Source: Ramlibacter sp. (GTDB lineage: Bacteria; Pseudomonadota; Gammaproteobacteria; Burkholderiales; Burkholderiaceae_C). Taken from it: DNA of 64,000 bases. The stretch covers positions 25,612-89,611 of the forward strand of contig DATLBJ010000218.1 of the NCBI GenBank assembly GCA_035526975.1. Reading direction: 5' to 3'. The number at the start of each line of letters is the position of its first letter. The stretch's first letter is position 1. A program made the translations under genes and the position numbers. This document shows positions 10,501-23,196 of this stretch, one piece after another. Below the pieces are notes generated by a model. The model was not told where the DNA came from. It did not search any database and worked only from the letters and a program-made list of their open reading frames with translations.

Positions 10501-10733
10501 TGGGGGCGCTGCCGATGGCGATCGGCCTCGGCGCGGGCGCCGAGCTGCGCCAGCCCTTGGGTCTTGCCGTCGCGGGCGGCCTCGTCTTCTCGCAAGTGGT
10601 CACGCTGTACATCACGCCCGCGATCTACCTCGCCCTCGACAAATACAGCGGCCGCGGCCCCGTGCAGGACCTGGAAGCTTTCGGCCGCATGCTGGCCGGC
10701 AAGCGCGATCACGGCGATTTGATCGCCAAGTGA
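7557..10733 (+). CDS. RND efflux permease, MdtB/MdtC-like
   Basis: 1058 aa; GLVVDDAIVVLENI, GIVKKNAIMMIDF and RFRPILMTT motifs. Confidence 0.93.
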   Translation: MNISELCIRRPVMTVLLSAALVVAGVLAYMRIPIAALPSYNTPVIAVTAQLPGAAPDTMASSVALPLEKQFSTISGIKLISSTNTLGNTQITVEFENDRDIDAAAVDVQAALLRAQRQLPAEMQQLPSYRKVNPADASLLFIALDSPSMGLAELNDYAENLIAPTLSTVDGVAQVNVFGQKRFAVRVRANTDTLNARGITLEELAGAIKSANSNTPVGVLDGPRQTLTIQANAQLRNAKEFSNIIVAQRNGAAVRLSEVATVEDSYESVKTSASYNGQRAIMLAVQGQPNANTVQVVNSVKRLLPQFRSQLPESIRLTVLNDRSLSIRDAVHDVNITLGITVLLVILVIYLFLHRATATMIPGVTMPISLIGAISMLYWLGYSLDNVSLLGITLAVGLVVDDAIVVLENIVRHIEDGMPPMQAALLGSREMGFTIVSISVSLVAVFIPIFFMPGVIGLLFHEFAVIVGLAVVVSAVISLTLVPMMASRLLKPEDGDGAGHGNAAADGEIHVAGGWLGRSFEKLFRSVHGLYMRTLDWTLVRRKLMLLVAATTVVVTALLGTTMPKGFFPEEDVGQIQATTEASEDISFPAMQVLQDRVAEVIRQDPNVKDVTSFIGAGGSTSTLNSGRIFIVLKPRGERAKMSQAMESLRRTVRQVPGVAVYLRPIQNLRLGGRQSKSRYQYTLQSVSADALSEWSQKLMDRMRADSGFRDVTSDSQNGGLQAQLRIDRDKANLLGVQIADIRNALYDAFGERQVSTIYSSANSYLVILEASEADRRFEDGLAKINLRGKGGAMVPLSSLASVDRTVGPTAVNHQGQLQAITISFNLAEDTPLGVATGKIDRFSHELKLPSTIVTSYGGDAAVFQDSQGSQAILLVSALLVIYVLLGVLYESYVHPLTILAGLPSAAVGALITLAIFGFDLTLIATIGILMLIGIVKKNAIMMIDFALHAQREGGMSPQEAIREACRLRFRPILMTTLAALMGALPMAIGLGAGAELRQPLGLAVAGGLVFSQVVTLYITPAIYLALDKYSGRGPVQDLEAFGRMLAGKRDHGDLIAK

Positions 10734-10754
10734 ACGCGGCGCAGAATCGCGCAC

Positions 10755-11024
10755 GTGCCCCTCATCGAATTCGCTCCGGCGCTGACGCGTCACGTCGCCT
10801 GCCCGCCGCGGGACGTGGAGGCGCGCACGTTGCGCGAGGCGCTCGCGAAGTCATTCGAAGCGGCGCCGAAGATGCGCAATTACGTCCTTGACGAGCAGGG
10901 CGCGGTTCGCAAGCATGTCGCGGTTTTCGTCAACGCACGCATGGTCACCGATCGCGTGAACCTGGATGTCGCGCTCGAACGCGGCGACAAGGTGATGGTG
11001 ATCCAGGCGCTTACCGGAGGGTGA
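10755..11024 (+). CDS. MoaD/ThiS-family ubiquitin-like protein
   Basis: 89 aa with a beta-grasp pattern (VAVFVN...LERGDKVMVIQALTGG) ending in Gly-Gly. Confidence 0.88.
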   Translation: MPLIEFAPALTRHVACPPRDVEARTLREALAKSFEAAPKMRNYVLDEQGAVRKHVAVFVNARMVTDRVNLDVALERGDKVMVIQALTGG

Positions 11025-11028
11025 TCCC

Positions 11029-12110
<1,082 letters not shown>

Positions 12111-12114
<4 letters not shown>

Positions 12115-12482
12115 GACTTGTTGGCCTTCTTGGCGGCCTTCGCGTCGGCTTCGGCGCGCTTGATGTCGGCTTCGGCCTTCTCGTGCGCGGCCTTCGCGTC
12201 CTTCTTGCAGGCGCGCTCTTCGGCGCCCTTCAAAGGCTTGCACTTGGCCTTGGCGGCCTTGTAGTCGCCTTCGGCCTGCTTCTTCATGGCCTTGGCGTCG
12301 GCCTTGGCATCGCCGGACGAAGCCATCGGGGACGTGGTGGCGGGCGCGGTCATGGGGGCCGAGGCGGTCTTGCTGGCTGCGGGAGCCGAAGCGGTCCGGG
12401 CGGCGGTGCCGGTTTGCGCGAATGCCGATGCGGACAGGCCGAGGCACAGCGCGGCGGCAATGGCGAGAATGTTCTTGGTCAT
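12111..12482 (-). CDS. Secreted Ala/Lys-rich protein with a two-Cys helical module
   Basis: Signal peptide ending ASAFA; YKAAKAKCKPLKGAEERACKKDAKA; AGGA Shine-Dalgarno upstream. Confidence 0.8.
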
Positions 12483-12548
12483 GGCAATGGTTCCTGTTGT
12501 GTGAAAGCCGGCAATCCCGGCCTATTCATCAACGGATGGCCGACCTGT

Positions 12549-12572
12549 CTCGGCTGTAGGACAAATTCGACA
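12549..12572 (-). promoter_or_regulatory. Candidate activator site TGTCGA-N6-CCTACA followed by GCCGAG
   Basis: The 13-mer CTCGGCTGTAGGA is identical to 45833-45845; lies upstream of the gene starting at 12482. Confidence 0.45.
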
Positions 12573-12577
12573 CTTGA

Positions 12578-13843
12578 TTAAATCGCCCCGTCGAACATCA
12601 GCACGTCGACTTCATCGCCGGCGGCTACGCTGCCTTGCGCATGGTGGAGAACGATCAGGCCGTTCGCCTGGACCATCGAGCTGAGCACGCCCGAGCCTTG
12701 ATTGCCGGTCGTACGCACCTGCAACTGCCCATCCATTGCGCGGGTAACGATACCGCGCTGGTATTCGGTGCGCCCCGGCTTCTTGCGCATGGCTTCCGCG
12801 CTGCGGGCGCGCAAGTACGGTTGGGCTGCCGCTTTCGCGCCCATCATGTTCAACAACGCAGGGCGCACGAACGCGAGGAACGTGACCATCACCGCCACAG
12901 GATTGCCCGGCAGGCCGAACAACACGGATGAGCCGATGCGGCCGACGGCCATCGGCCGCCCGGGCCGCATCGCGATGCGCCAGAACGCGACGTCGCCGAG
13001 CTTGGCCATCATGGCTTTCGTGTAGTCCGCTTCGCCGACGCTCACGCCACCGCTCGTGATGATCGCGTCGGCCTTCGATGCCGCGCTGCGGAATGCTTCC
13101 TCGAGTTTGGCGGGTTCGTCGCGCACGACCCCCATGTCGATCACTTCGCAGCCAAGACGCGTGAGCAGGCCATGCACCGTGTACCGGTTGCTGTCGTACA
13201 CGGCGCCTTCGCGCGGCGCGTCACCCAGCGAGAGGATCTCGTCGCCCGTGGAAAAGTACGCGACGCGCAGCTTCCGGAACACCGGCACTTGGGCGATTCC
13301 CAGGCTCGCCAACAGGCCGCAAGCCGCGGGGCCGATGCGCGCGCCGGCGAGTAGCGCAGGCTGGCCCTCCATCAGGTCTTCGCCTTTGAGCCGCCGGTTG
13401 TCGCCGGCGCGCACCACACCCGATGCGAACGTCACCTGGTCGCCGTCGACCTGCGTGAACTCTTGCGGCACGACGGTGTCGAGCCCCGCCGGCATGATCG
13501 CGCCGGTCATGATCTTCAAGCATTGGCCAGGGCCGACGGTCCCCTGCCACGCCTTGCCCGCGAGTGCCGTGCCCAAGACTTCCAACGTGACGCTGCCGCC
13601 CGGGTCCGGCTCTTTCGCGCGAACCGCGAATCCGTCCATGGCTGAGTTGTCGTGGGGCGGCACGCTGATCGGGGAAATGATGTCTCGCGCGAGCACACGA
13701 TCGAGGGCATCGAAGGCCGACACACTTTCGACGTCCGGCACAGGCTCGACGAGGCGCGCAAGGAAATCGTTCACCGCATCGGCAGCCAACGCCTTCGGGT
13801 CGTAGCCCTGCAGTTGCGCGGCGATGTCGGCCAGGCTCTTCAC
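12578..13843 (-). CDS. moeA: Molybdopterin molybdenumtransferase
   Basis: [26 protein letters not shown] and GLPGNP motifs; GTG start at 13843. Confidence 0.95.
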   Translation of the reverse strand: MKSLADIAAQLQGYDPKALAADAVNDFLARLVEPVPDVESVSAFDALDRVLARDIISPISVPPHDNSAMDGFAVRAKEPDPGGSVTLEVLGTALAGKAWQGTVGPGQCLKIMTGAIMPAGLDTVVPQEFTQVDGDQVTFASGVVRAGDNRRLKGEDLMEGQPALLAGARIGPAACGLLASLGIAQVPVFRKLRVAYFSTGDEILSLGDAPREGAVYDSNRYTVHGLLTRLGCEVIDMGVVRDEPAKLEEAFRSAASKADAIITSGGVSVGEADYTKAMMAKLGDVAFWRIAMRPGRPMAVGRIGSSVLFGLPGNPVAVMVTFLAFVRPALLNMMGAKAAAQPYLRARSAEAMRKKPGRTEYQRGIVTRAMDGQLQVRTTGNQGSGVLSSMVQANGLIVLHHAQGSVAAGDEVDVLMFDGAI

Positions 13844-14451
13844 GGCTTCTCGAGGCGGCGCAGTTCTTCGAGCGTGTTCGCATTGAAGAACGCGCGCGGC
13901 GAATCGCCCGGCTGGTCGAACGGCACGACGACGGTCTTGTGCAACGCCGTCCACTTGTCGATCTTGCGGCCGCCGTCGTGCGTGAACGCCACGAGCGATT
14001 CGAGCAAGTCCAGCCGCAGCAGGCAGAAGACGGGCTGCGTGCGCATCTGGCCGTCCTCCTCGGGTCCGGACGCCATTGCGATGTCCGCTTCCTGTTCGTG
14101 CGCCTCGCGCGCGAGGCGTTCGACGAGATCGAGCGGGAAGAGCGGCGTGTCGCAAGGCACGGTCGCGATCCATTGCGTGTCGCAGCGCTCCAGCGCGGTG
14201 AGGAACCCCGCAAGCGGCCCCGCAAAATCCGGCAGCACGTCGGGCCAGACCGGGATGCCGAAGGATTCGTAAGCGCCGAGGTTGCGATTTGCGTTGATCA
14301 TCACGGCGCCCACTTGCGGCTGCAGGCGCATCAACGTTGCCAGTGCGAGCGGCATGCCGTTGAAGTTCTGCAAGCCCTTGTCGACGCCGCCCATGCGCGA
14401 GCCGCGCCCGCCGGCCAGGATCACCCCCGTAATCTGCGAGACGTCGATCAT
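13840..14451 (-). CDS. mobA: Molybdenum cofactor guanylyltransferase
   Basis: [26 protein letters not shown] and FFNANT motifs. Confidence 0.95.
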   Translation of the reverse strand: MIDVSQITGVILAGGRGSRMGGVDKGLQNFNGMPLALATLMRLQPQVGAVMINANRNLGAYESFGIPVWPDVLPDFAGPLAGFLTALERCDTQWIATVPCDTPLFPLDLVERLAREAHEQEADIAMASGPEEDGQMRTQPVFCLLRLDLLESLVAFTHDGGRKIDKWTALHKTVVVPFDQPGDSPRAFFNANTLEELRRLEKP

Positions 14452-15560
14452 CCGCCGATATAGCTCATCTCGACGCGGCGGGCCGCGCGCGCATCGGCGG
14501 GCAGCGTGGCACGCAGTTGCGAGTAGCGGTCGTCGCGCCGCTGCCAGATGTGTCCGATGGCCGATGCGACCTGCTCGTCACTCGCTCCGTCACGCAACAG
14601 CGCTCGCAGGTCGTGCCCTTGCGTCGCGAACAGGCACAGGTACACCTGGCCTTCCGTCGAAAGCCGCGCGCGATTGCAATCGCTGCAGAACGCCTGCGTC
14701 ACGCTGCTGATCACGCCGACTTCGCCGCTGCCGTCCGCATACGACCAACGCTGCGCCGTTTCGCCGGGTGCTGCCGACTCGAGCGGAACGAGCGGCAATT
14801 CGCGGTGGATCGTCTCGATGACTTCGGCGGACGGTACGACTTCGTCCATGCGCCAGCCGTTGCTGCTGCCGACGTCCATGTACTCGATGTAGCGCAGCAC
14901 CATGCCCGTGCCCTTGAAGTGGCGCGCCATCGGCAGGATTTCGTGTTCGTTGGTGCCACGCTTGACAACCATGTTCACCTTGACCGGGCCGAGCCCCGCT
15001 TCGCGTGCGGCTTCAATTCCGTCGAGGACGTCGGCGACCGGGAAATCCACGTCGTTCATGCGGCGGAACACCGCGTCGTCGAGGCCGTCGAGGCTCACCG
15101 TCACGCGATTGAGGCCCGCGGACTTCAGCGACTTCGCCTTGCGCGCGAGCAGCGACCCGTTCGTGGTGAGCGTGAGATCGAGCGGCGCACCTTCCACCGT
15201 GCGCAGCTGCGCAAGCTGCTCGATGAGGATCTCGATGTTCTTGCGCAGCAGCGGCTCGCCGCCCGTCAGGCGGATCTTCTGGACACCATGCGCGACGAAC
15301 AATTTCGCCACGCGGGTGATCTCCTCGAACGTCAGAAGCGCGGAGTGGGGCAGGTACTTGTAGTCCTTGTCGAACACCGATTTCGGCATGCAGTAGCTGC
15401 AGCGGAAGTTGCAACGGTCGGTGACGCTGATGCGCAGGTCGCGCAGCGGCCGGCCCAAAGTATCGGACAGCAGGCCGTCCGGCGTGATGGCGTGCGCGGG
15501 CACCGTCGCCGCCCGTGCAGCGGCGCGCTGGTCCACGAGGGGAATCACGCGTTCGGCCAT
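14448..15560 (-). CDS. moaA: GTP 3',8-cyclase (radical SAM)
   Basis: [18 protein letters not shown]-terminal CSDCNRARL cluster, terminal MSYIGG. Confidence 0.97.
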   Translation of the reverse strand: MAERVIPLVDQRAAARAATVPAHAITPDGLLSDTLGRPLRDLRISVTDRCNFRCSYCMPKSVFDKDYKYLPHSALLTFEEITRVAKLFVAHGVQKIRLTGGEPLLRKNIEILIEQLAQLRTVEGAPLDLTLTTNGSLLARKAKSLKSAGLNRVTVSLDGLDDAVFRRMNDVDFPVADVLDGIEAAREAGLGPVKVNMVVKRGTNEHEILPMARHFKGTGMVLRYIEYMDVGSSNGWRMDEVVPSAEVIETIHRELPLVPLESAAPGETAQRWSYADGSGEVGVISSVTQAFCSDCNRARLSTEGQVYLCLFATQGHDLRALLRDGASDEQVASAIGHIWQRRDDRYSQLRATLPADARAARRVEMSYIGG

Positions 15561-15576
15561 GCCGCGATTTTCTCAG

Positions 15577-16338
15577 TCAAACGCAGCGGGCGCCATCGAC
15601 CTCGATGCATACCCCGGAGATGAAGGCGGCTTCATCGCTGGCGAGGTACAGCGCGGCATTGGCCACATCCAGCGCGGTCGAGAAGCGCCCGAGGGGAATG
15701 GTCGCGAGGAATTTTGCACGCCGCGCCTCGTCGACGGGGCCGCCCGCGAACTCGGCGGACAGGCCGGTGTCGGGGTTGAATACCGGGTTGATGCAGTTCA
15801 CCCGGATGTTGTCCGGCCCGAATTCCGCCGCGAGCGACTTGCTCGTCGTGATCACCGCACCTTTCGAGCCGTTGTACCAGGCGAGGCCGGGGCGCGGACG
15901 GATCCCCGCGGTGGAGGCGATGTTGATGAACGAGCCCCCCTTGTTCGCGCGGAAAGCCGGAACGGCATGGATCGTCGCGAGGTAGATGCTCTTCATGTTG
16001 ATCGCGAAGACCTTGTCGAACTCGTCTTCGCTCACTTCGAGGGCAGGGCGGTTGCGATGTGTCCAGCCCGCGTTATTCACCATGACGTCGAGCTTGCCGT
16101 GCTGCCTGACCGCGAACTCGACGAGGGCCTTCACTTCCACGGACTTCGTGACGTCGGCGGCGAAGAACGACGCCTTGCCGCCCTTGTCGCGAATCTGCGC
16201 GGCGACGCGTTCGCCCGCATCGCGGTTGATGTCGTTGACCACGACGTGTCCGCCTTCTTCGGCGAGCCGCTTGGCAATGCCCTCGCCGATGCCGCCGCCC
16301 GAACCCGTCACGATGATCGATTTGCCTTGCACACCCAT
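15577..16338 (-). CDS. Short-chain dehydrogenase/reductase
   Basis: TGSGGGIG, NNAG and YNGSK motifs; start ATG 16338 with a GGAG Shine-Dalgarno. Confidence 0.92.
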   Translation of the reverse strand: MGVQGKSIIVTGSGGGIGEGIAKRLAEEGGHVVVNDINRDAGERVAAQIRDKGGKASFFAADVTKSVEVKALVEFAVRQHGKLDVMVNNAGWTHRNRPALEVSEDEFDKVFAINMKSIYLATIHAVPAFRANKGGSFINIASTAGIRPRPGLAWYNGSKGAVITTSKSLAAEFGPDNIRVNCINPVFNPDTGLSAEFAGGPVDEARRAKFLATIPLGRFSTALDVANAALYLASDEAAFISGVCIEVDGARCV

Positions 16339-16352
16339 GCCGTACTCCTTGC

Positions 16353-17786
16353 TCAGCCGTGTTTGATGGCGACGGTCTTCAGCGTCGTGAAGCCGTACAG
16401 CGCTTCGAAGCCCTTCTCGCGGCCGTAGCCCGAGGACTTCACGCCGCCGAATGGCAACTCGACCCCGCCGCCGGCACCGTAGTTGTTGATGAACACCTGG
16501 CCGCTCTTCACGCGTTTGGCGACGCGCAGTTGCCGTCCGCCATCGCGGGTCCAGATCCCCGCCACGAGGCCGAAGTGCGTCGCGTTGGCGAGTTGCACCG
16601 CTTCGTCTTCGTCCTTGAAGCTCATTGCCGCGAGAACGGGGCCGAACACTTCCTCCTGCGCGAGCCGGTGCGTGACCGGCACGTCGCGCAACAGCGTCGG
16701 CGCCTGGTAGTAGCCGCCTTCGGGCGCTTCGTCGACGATCCGGCCTTGCGCGACCATCGGGATCTCGGCGACTTGCGCATCCGAGAGGAAGTCCCACACG
16801 CGTTGTTGCTGTGTCTGGCGGATCAGCGGGCCGACGTCGAGGTCCATCGCAGCGGGTCCGACACGCAGGTTTTCGAATGCGGTCGCGAGCTTGTCCAGGA
16901 GCGCTTCGTAGATCGTCTTCTGGATCAACACGCGTGAACCGGCGGAGCAGGTCTGGCCCGCGTTCTGCACGATTGCGTTGATCACCACAGGCAGGGCCTG
17001 CTCGAGGTCCGCGTCCTCGAAGATGATTTGCGGGCTCTTGCCCCCCAGTTCGAGCGTGACGGGGCAGTGACGCTCCGCCGCGACCTGCTGGATGATGGTG
17101 CCGACACTGGGGCTGCCGGTGAAGCTGATGTGGTCCACGCCGGGATGGCGCGCGAGCGCGTCACCCACTTCGTGGCCATAGCCGGTGACGATGTTGATCG
17201 CGCCCGCGGGAAAGCCGACTTCGGCCGCCAGTTGCGCAACGCGAATGAGCGACAGGCAGGCATCTTCGGACGGCTTGACGACGCACACATTGCCCGCAGC
17301 CAACGCGCCACCGACGCTGCGCCCGAAGATCTGCATCGGGTAGTTCCACGGAATGACGTGGCCCGTGACGCCGTGAGGCTCGCGCCACGTGAGCACCGTA
17401 TAACCATCGAGATAGGGAAGCGTCTGCCCGGTCAGCTTGTCGCACGCGCCGGCGTAGAACTCGAAATAGCGCACGAGCGCGAGTGCATCGGCACGGGCCT
17501 GCTTGGTGGGCTTGCCGCAATCGCGCTGTTCGATTGCCGCGAGTTCTTCCGCGTGGTCCGCGATCTTGTTCGACAGGCGCATCAGCAGGCGGCCTCGTTC
17601 GGGCGCGCTCAGCTTGCTCCAGACGGAGTCGTAGCAATTGCGTGCCGAACGCACGGCCACATCGATGTCCTCGGCCGAGCCGCGCTGGATCTCTTCGTAG
17701 GGCTGTCCGTCCGACGGGTCGATGACCGGGATCGTGCGGCCACTCGTGGACGCCTGCGACTGGTTGGCGATGTAGTTGAACTGCAT
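16353..17786 (-). CDS. Aldehyde dehydrogenase
   Basis: PWNYP, FTGS, LELGGKSP, catalytic GQTCSAG and EEVFGPV motifs. Confidence 0.95.
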   Translation of the reverse strand: MQFNYIANQSQASTSGRTIPVIDPSDGQPYEEIQRGSAEDIDVAVRSARNCYDSVWSKLSAPERGRLLMRLSNKIADHAEELAAIEQRDCGKPTKQARADALALVRYFEFYAGACDKLTGQTLPYLDGYTVLTWREPHGVTGHVIPWNYPMQIFGRSVGGALAAGNVCVVKPSEDACLSLIRVAQLAAEVGFPAGAINIVTGYGHEVGDALARHPGVDHISFTGSPSVGTIIQQVAAERHCPVTLELGGKSPQIIFEDADLEQALPVVINAIVQNAGQTCSAGSRVLIQKTIYEALLDKLATAFENLRVGPAAMDLDVGPLIRQTQQQRVWDFLSDAQVAEIPMVAQGRIVDEAPEGGYYQAPTLLRDVPVTHRLAQEEVFGPVLAAMSFKDEDEAVQLANATHFGLVAGIWTRDGGRQLRVAKRVKSGQVFINNYGAGGGVELPFGGVKSSGYGREKGFEALYGFTTLKTVAIKHG

Positions 17787-17819
17787 GGCGCCATTTTGCG
17801 CCATGCCTGCCCGCGCCGT

Positions 17820-18638
17820 TTACGCGCCGACGGGGGTGAATGCGTCGCCGTGGGCCCGCAGCCAATCCTGCGATGCAGACGTGTCCTGCTGGCGCGGATG
17901 GAAGTCGCGGTGGAAGTATTCGCGCCACGCCCTGTAGTTGCCGCGCACGAGGCCGCGCCTGCCGAACAGGTACGAAGCTGCGGACTTCCATGTTGTCCAC
18001 TTCCATAACGTGCCGTCGCAGCGCAGGTTCACGATCGTCTGGCGCAGGGTGTCGGTCAGGAAGAACCACGTCACGCGGCGCATCCACTGCACGCGCCATT
18101 CGTGGCTGCCGCCCAGTGCGACGTACACGTCGAACGCGGTGCTCTTGTGCTCCGACTCCTCGGCGCTGTGCCAAAGCCACAAGGTCTTCAGGCGCTCGTC
18201 GGTGTCGCCTAGCAAGTCGGAGTTGTGCAACATCCACTCGGCGAGGATCGCGGTGAAGTGTTCGTTGGCGGCCGTGATCGCCACGGAATGCCGCGGGTCG
18301 ATGCCTTCGAGCAGCTTCATGCGCTCACGCGCGCGAGGCTCCCATTCGTTGGTGAGCCCGAGTTTTTCGAGGTGCGCGTTGTACAGGGAATGCAGGCGGC
18401 GATGCGTCGCTTCCTGGCCGATGAATCCCTGCACCTCGGTCCTGAATTTCTCCTGCGCGTCCGGCGCAAGTGCCTCCAGGCCGTTGCGGACGGAGTCGAT
18501 GAAGAACTGTTCGCCCACCGGAAAACTCATCGACAGCGCATTGAACAGCGCGGTGCGAAATGGGTCGCCCGCGCACCAGTGGCGGGCGATCGGTGCTTCC
18601 ATGTCGATGAGGAGCCGGCGAACGACGAGATCGGTCAT
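17820..18638 (-). CDS. Predicted metal-dependent hydrolase (ferritin-like ExxH motifs)
   Basis: FPVGEQFF, QEATHRRLH, EHFTA and WHSAEESEHKSTAFDVY. Confidence 0.82.
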   Translation of the reverse strand: MTDLVVRRLLIDMEAPIARHWCAGDPFRTALFNALSMSFPVGEQFFIDSVRNGLEALAPDAQEKFRTEVQGFIGQEATHRRLHSLYNAHLEKLGLTNEWEPRARERMKLLEGIDPRHSVAITAANEHFTAILAEWMLHNSDLLGDTDERLKTLWLWHSAEESEHKSTAFDVYVALGGSHEWRVQWMRRVTWFFLTDTLRQTIVNLRCDGTLWKWTTWKSAASYLFGRRGLVRGNYRAWREYFHRDFHPRQQDTSASQDWLRAHGDAFTPVGA

Positions 18639-18645
18639 GCACGTA

Positions 18646-18663
18646 TGGTACTTGTACGTACCA
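18646..18663. promoter_or_regulatory. Candidate TetR operator TGGTAC-N6-GTACCA
   Basis: Inverted repeat in the short gap between the divergent hydrolase and TetR genes; overlaps the predicted -10 (TACCAT) of the hydrolase. Confidence 0.6.
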
Positions 18664-18709
18664 AGACCGTCAAGTCACTGTTTTCGGACAGAAGAGCCAC
18701 AATGGCCAA

Positions 18710-19285
18710 ATGCTCGACACGCAAGTCTCCGTTCGTGAACACCGCACCCGTGTCCTCGAAGGCATGGCGCATGCTGTTTCGCGCAAAGGCTATGCGGACA
18801 CGACCATCGGCGACATCGTCGCCGAGGCAAGCGTGTCGCGCCGCACGTTCTACGAGCATTTCGATTCGAAGGCCGAGTGCCTGATCGCGCTGTACGAGGC
18901 GGCGAGCCACAACGCGCTGAAGGTGCTCCGGGACGCGATCCAGCCGGGGCATGGCTGGCAGACGCAGGTCGAGTCCGCACTGCGCGCCTATCTCGGTTGC
19001 CTGGCGTCGAACCCGGTGCTGGTGCGAACGCTCTTCATCGAGATCCTCCATCTCGGCGCGCAAGGCCTCGCATCGCGCCGCAGGGTGAATCGCGAAATCG
19101 CCGACTTCATCGTGCAGAAGGTCAATGGCAGCGGCGGCGCGACGATCACGCCGAAACTAGCGATGGCGATCGTCGGCGGCATCAACGAGCTGGTGCTGGA
19201 ATACATCGAGCAGGACAAGGTCGCCGACCTCGAAGACCTGGTCGAGCCTGCGAGTCACCTCGTCCACGCCGTCACGGGCCAATGA
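18710..19285 (+). CDS. TetR/AcrR family transcriptional regulator
   Basis: HTH region GYADTTIGDIVAEASVSRRTFYEHFDSK. Confidence 0.93.
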   Translation: MLDTQVSVREHRTRVLEGMAHAVSRKGYADTTIGDIVAEASVSRRTFYEHFDSKAECLIALYEAASHNALKVLRDAIQPGHGWQTQVESALRAYLGCLASNPVLVRTLFIEILHLGAQGLASRRRVNREIADFIVQKVNGSGGATITPKLAMAIVGGINELVLEYIEQDKVADLEDLVEPASHLVHAVTGQ

Positions 19286-19310
19286 AAAGGCCCGCGTAAT
19301 GCGGGCCTTT
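19286..19310. terminator. Bidirectional intrinsic terminator
   Basis: AAAGGCCCGC-GTAAT-GCGGGCCTTT between the convergent tetR and hppA genes. Confidence 0.75.
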
Positions 19311-19313
19311 CGT

Positions 19314-19386
19314 TTGTCACCCCGGCGAAAGCCGGGGTCGTTCGCGATCGAACATTGGCGACCCCGGATCGAGTCCGGGGTGACAA
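19314..19386. repeat. Two-hairpin palindromic repeat (REP/RPE-like)
   Basis: TTGTCACCCCGGCGAAAGCCGGGGTCG...CGACCCCGGATCGAGTCCGGGGTGACAA; same family as the copies at 2853, 34027, 51501 and 59448. Confidence 0.8.
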
Positions 19387-19390
19387 GCCT

Positions 19391-21529
<2,139 letters not shown>

Positions 21530-21751
21530 TTGTTTCTCCTGTCGAGTCATACGTTGCGAAGAGGTGCCACGCTGCGGCACCCCCGCTGCGTTGCTTCCTC
21601 TTGGCTCCCGACGGGAAAGCCAGATTGGCCAACGCGCGGACTATACAGGCAGATAACTGGCCGATTTACGGTGAGCGCGGCCGTGCAAGGCCCGCGAAAG
21701 TAAAATCAGGGTTAATACCGAGTTCATTGATCCCTACAGAAGAAAACTTTC

Positions 21752-22288
21752 ATGTCCCTCGACCAGGTCACTCCCGGCAAGCACGTCCCCGACTCGTTCA
21801 ACGTGATCATCGAAATCCCGATGAACGCCGATCCCGTGAAGTACGAGGTCGACAAGGAAAGCGGCGCGATCTTCGTCGACCGCTTCATGAGCACGGCCAT
21901 GCATTACCCGACCAACTATGGTTACGTCCCGAAGACGATCAGCGGCGACGGCGACCCGGTGGACGTGCTCGTGATCACGCCGGTTCCGCTGATTCCGGGC
22001 GTTGTCGTTCCGTGCCGCCCGATCGGCATTCTCAAGATGCATGACGAAGCCGGCGACGATGCGAAGGTTCTCGCTGTTCCCGTCGACAAGGTCCTGTCCA
22101 TCTACACGCACTGGCAGAAGCCCGAGGACATGAACCCGCTGCGCCTGAAGACCATCGCCCACTTCTTCGAGCACTACAAGGACCTCGAGCCCGGCAAGTG
22201 GGTGAAGGTGCTCGGCTGGGAAGGGCCCGAGTCGGCGAAGAAGGAAGTGCTCGAAGGCATCGAGGCCTACAAGAAGGCCAACGGCTGA
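21752..22288 (+). CDS. ppa: Soluble inorganic pyrophosphatase, family I
   Basis: [23 protein letters not shown] and FFEHYKDLE motifs. Confidence 0.95.
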   Translation: MSLDQVTPGKHVPDSFNVIIEIPMNADPVKYEVDKESGAIFVDRFMSTAMHYPTNYGYVPKTISGDGDPVDVLVITPVPLIPGVVVPCRPIGILKMHDEAGDDAKVLAVPVDKVLSIYTHWQKPEDMNPLRLKTIAHFFEHYKDLEPGKWVKVLGWEGPESAKKEVLEGIEAYKKANG

Positions 22289-23152
22289 TCAACGCGGGAA
22301 TGCAGGAAGGCGTTGCTTCGCCTTCCAGTAACCCGCCCACGGATCGTTCTTCAACGCGTCGAGCCGCTTCGGCGCGGTGACGATGTTCCAGTGATCGCCG
22401 CTTGCGACGCGCGGCAATTCATCCCATGTAACCGGCGTCGAAACACCCATGCCGGGACGGGCTCGCGCCGAAAACGTTTCGGCCGTCGATTGCACCCAGC
22501 CGTTGCGAAGGTAGTCGATGAAGATCTTGCCGACGCGGTTGCGCGGGCCGAGTTTGGCGACGAAGCGATCGGGAATCGTGCGCGCGAGGTGCTTCACGAC
22601 CGCCCCGGAGAATGCGTGGACGGTTTCGTAGTCCTTGTCGGGCTTCAACGGAACGAACAGGTGCAGCCCCTTTCCCCCTGTCGTCTTCACCCAGGCACTC
22701 AGGCCCAATTCCTCGAGCAGTGCGCGGAGCAACAAAGCTCCCTCGCGCATTGCTTCCCACGCCACACCTTCGCCCGGGTCCAGGTCGAAGACGATCCGAT
22801 CGGGCTTCGCGATTGCGCGGTCCGTGGAGTTCCACGTGTGGATTTCGACCATGCCGACTTGCGCCGCGGCGACGAGATCCTCCGGTGTGTCGAGTGCGAT
22901 TGCCGGATCGTGGCCGGGCCACAGCTTCGGGTCCGTTCCCTTGAGGTTGCGGTAATCCGGGTGCTGCATGAACACCATCGGCTTGTGGATGCCCAGGGGC
23001 GCCTGCCGGATGTACGCAGGGCGGCCCTTGAGATGCGGCATCGCCCACGGCGCAACCCGCACGTAGTAGCTCACGAGATCGAGCTTGGTGAATCCGGTCG
23101 AAGGATCGATCACGCGGGACGCGTGCGTCACCTTCAGTTGAACGGGGCTCAT
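22289..23152 (-). CDS. Stand-alone LigD polymerase (AEP/PrimPol) domain protein
   Basis: PDRIVFDLDPG, KTTGGKGLH and KIFIDYLRN motifs; no ligase or phosphoesterase domain. Confidence 0.88.
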   Translation of the reverse strand: MSPVQLKVTHASRVIDPSTGFTKLDLVSYYVRVAPWAMPHLKGRPAYIRQAPLGIHKPMVFMQHPDYRNLKGTDPKLWPGHDPAIALDTPEDLVAAAQVGMVEIHTWNSTDRAIAKPDRIVFDLDPGEGVAWEAMREGALLLRALLEELGLSAWVKTTGGKGLHLFVPLKPDKDYETVHAFSGAVVKHLARTIPDRFVAKLGPRNRVGKIFIDYLRNGWVQSTAETFSARARPGMGVSTPVTWDELPRVASGDHWNIVTAPKRLDALKNDPWAGYWKAKQRLPAFPR

Positions 23153-23196
23153 GCTGCCGCGATGCTAGGCAGCAGCGAGCTCAGCCGTTTGTAGGC

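Noticed and set aside
6388-10733. RND pump lacking an outer-membrane factor
   Set aside because: Use of a TolC-like channel encoded elsewhere is common
19314-19386. CRISPR-like repeat
   Set aside because: It is a pair of inverted hairpins rather than direct repeats with spacers, and there are no cas genes
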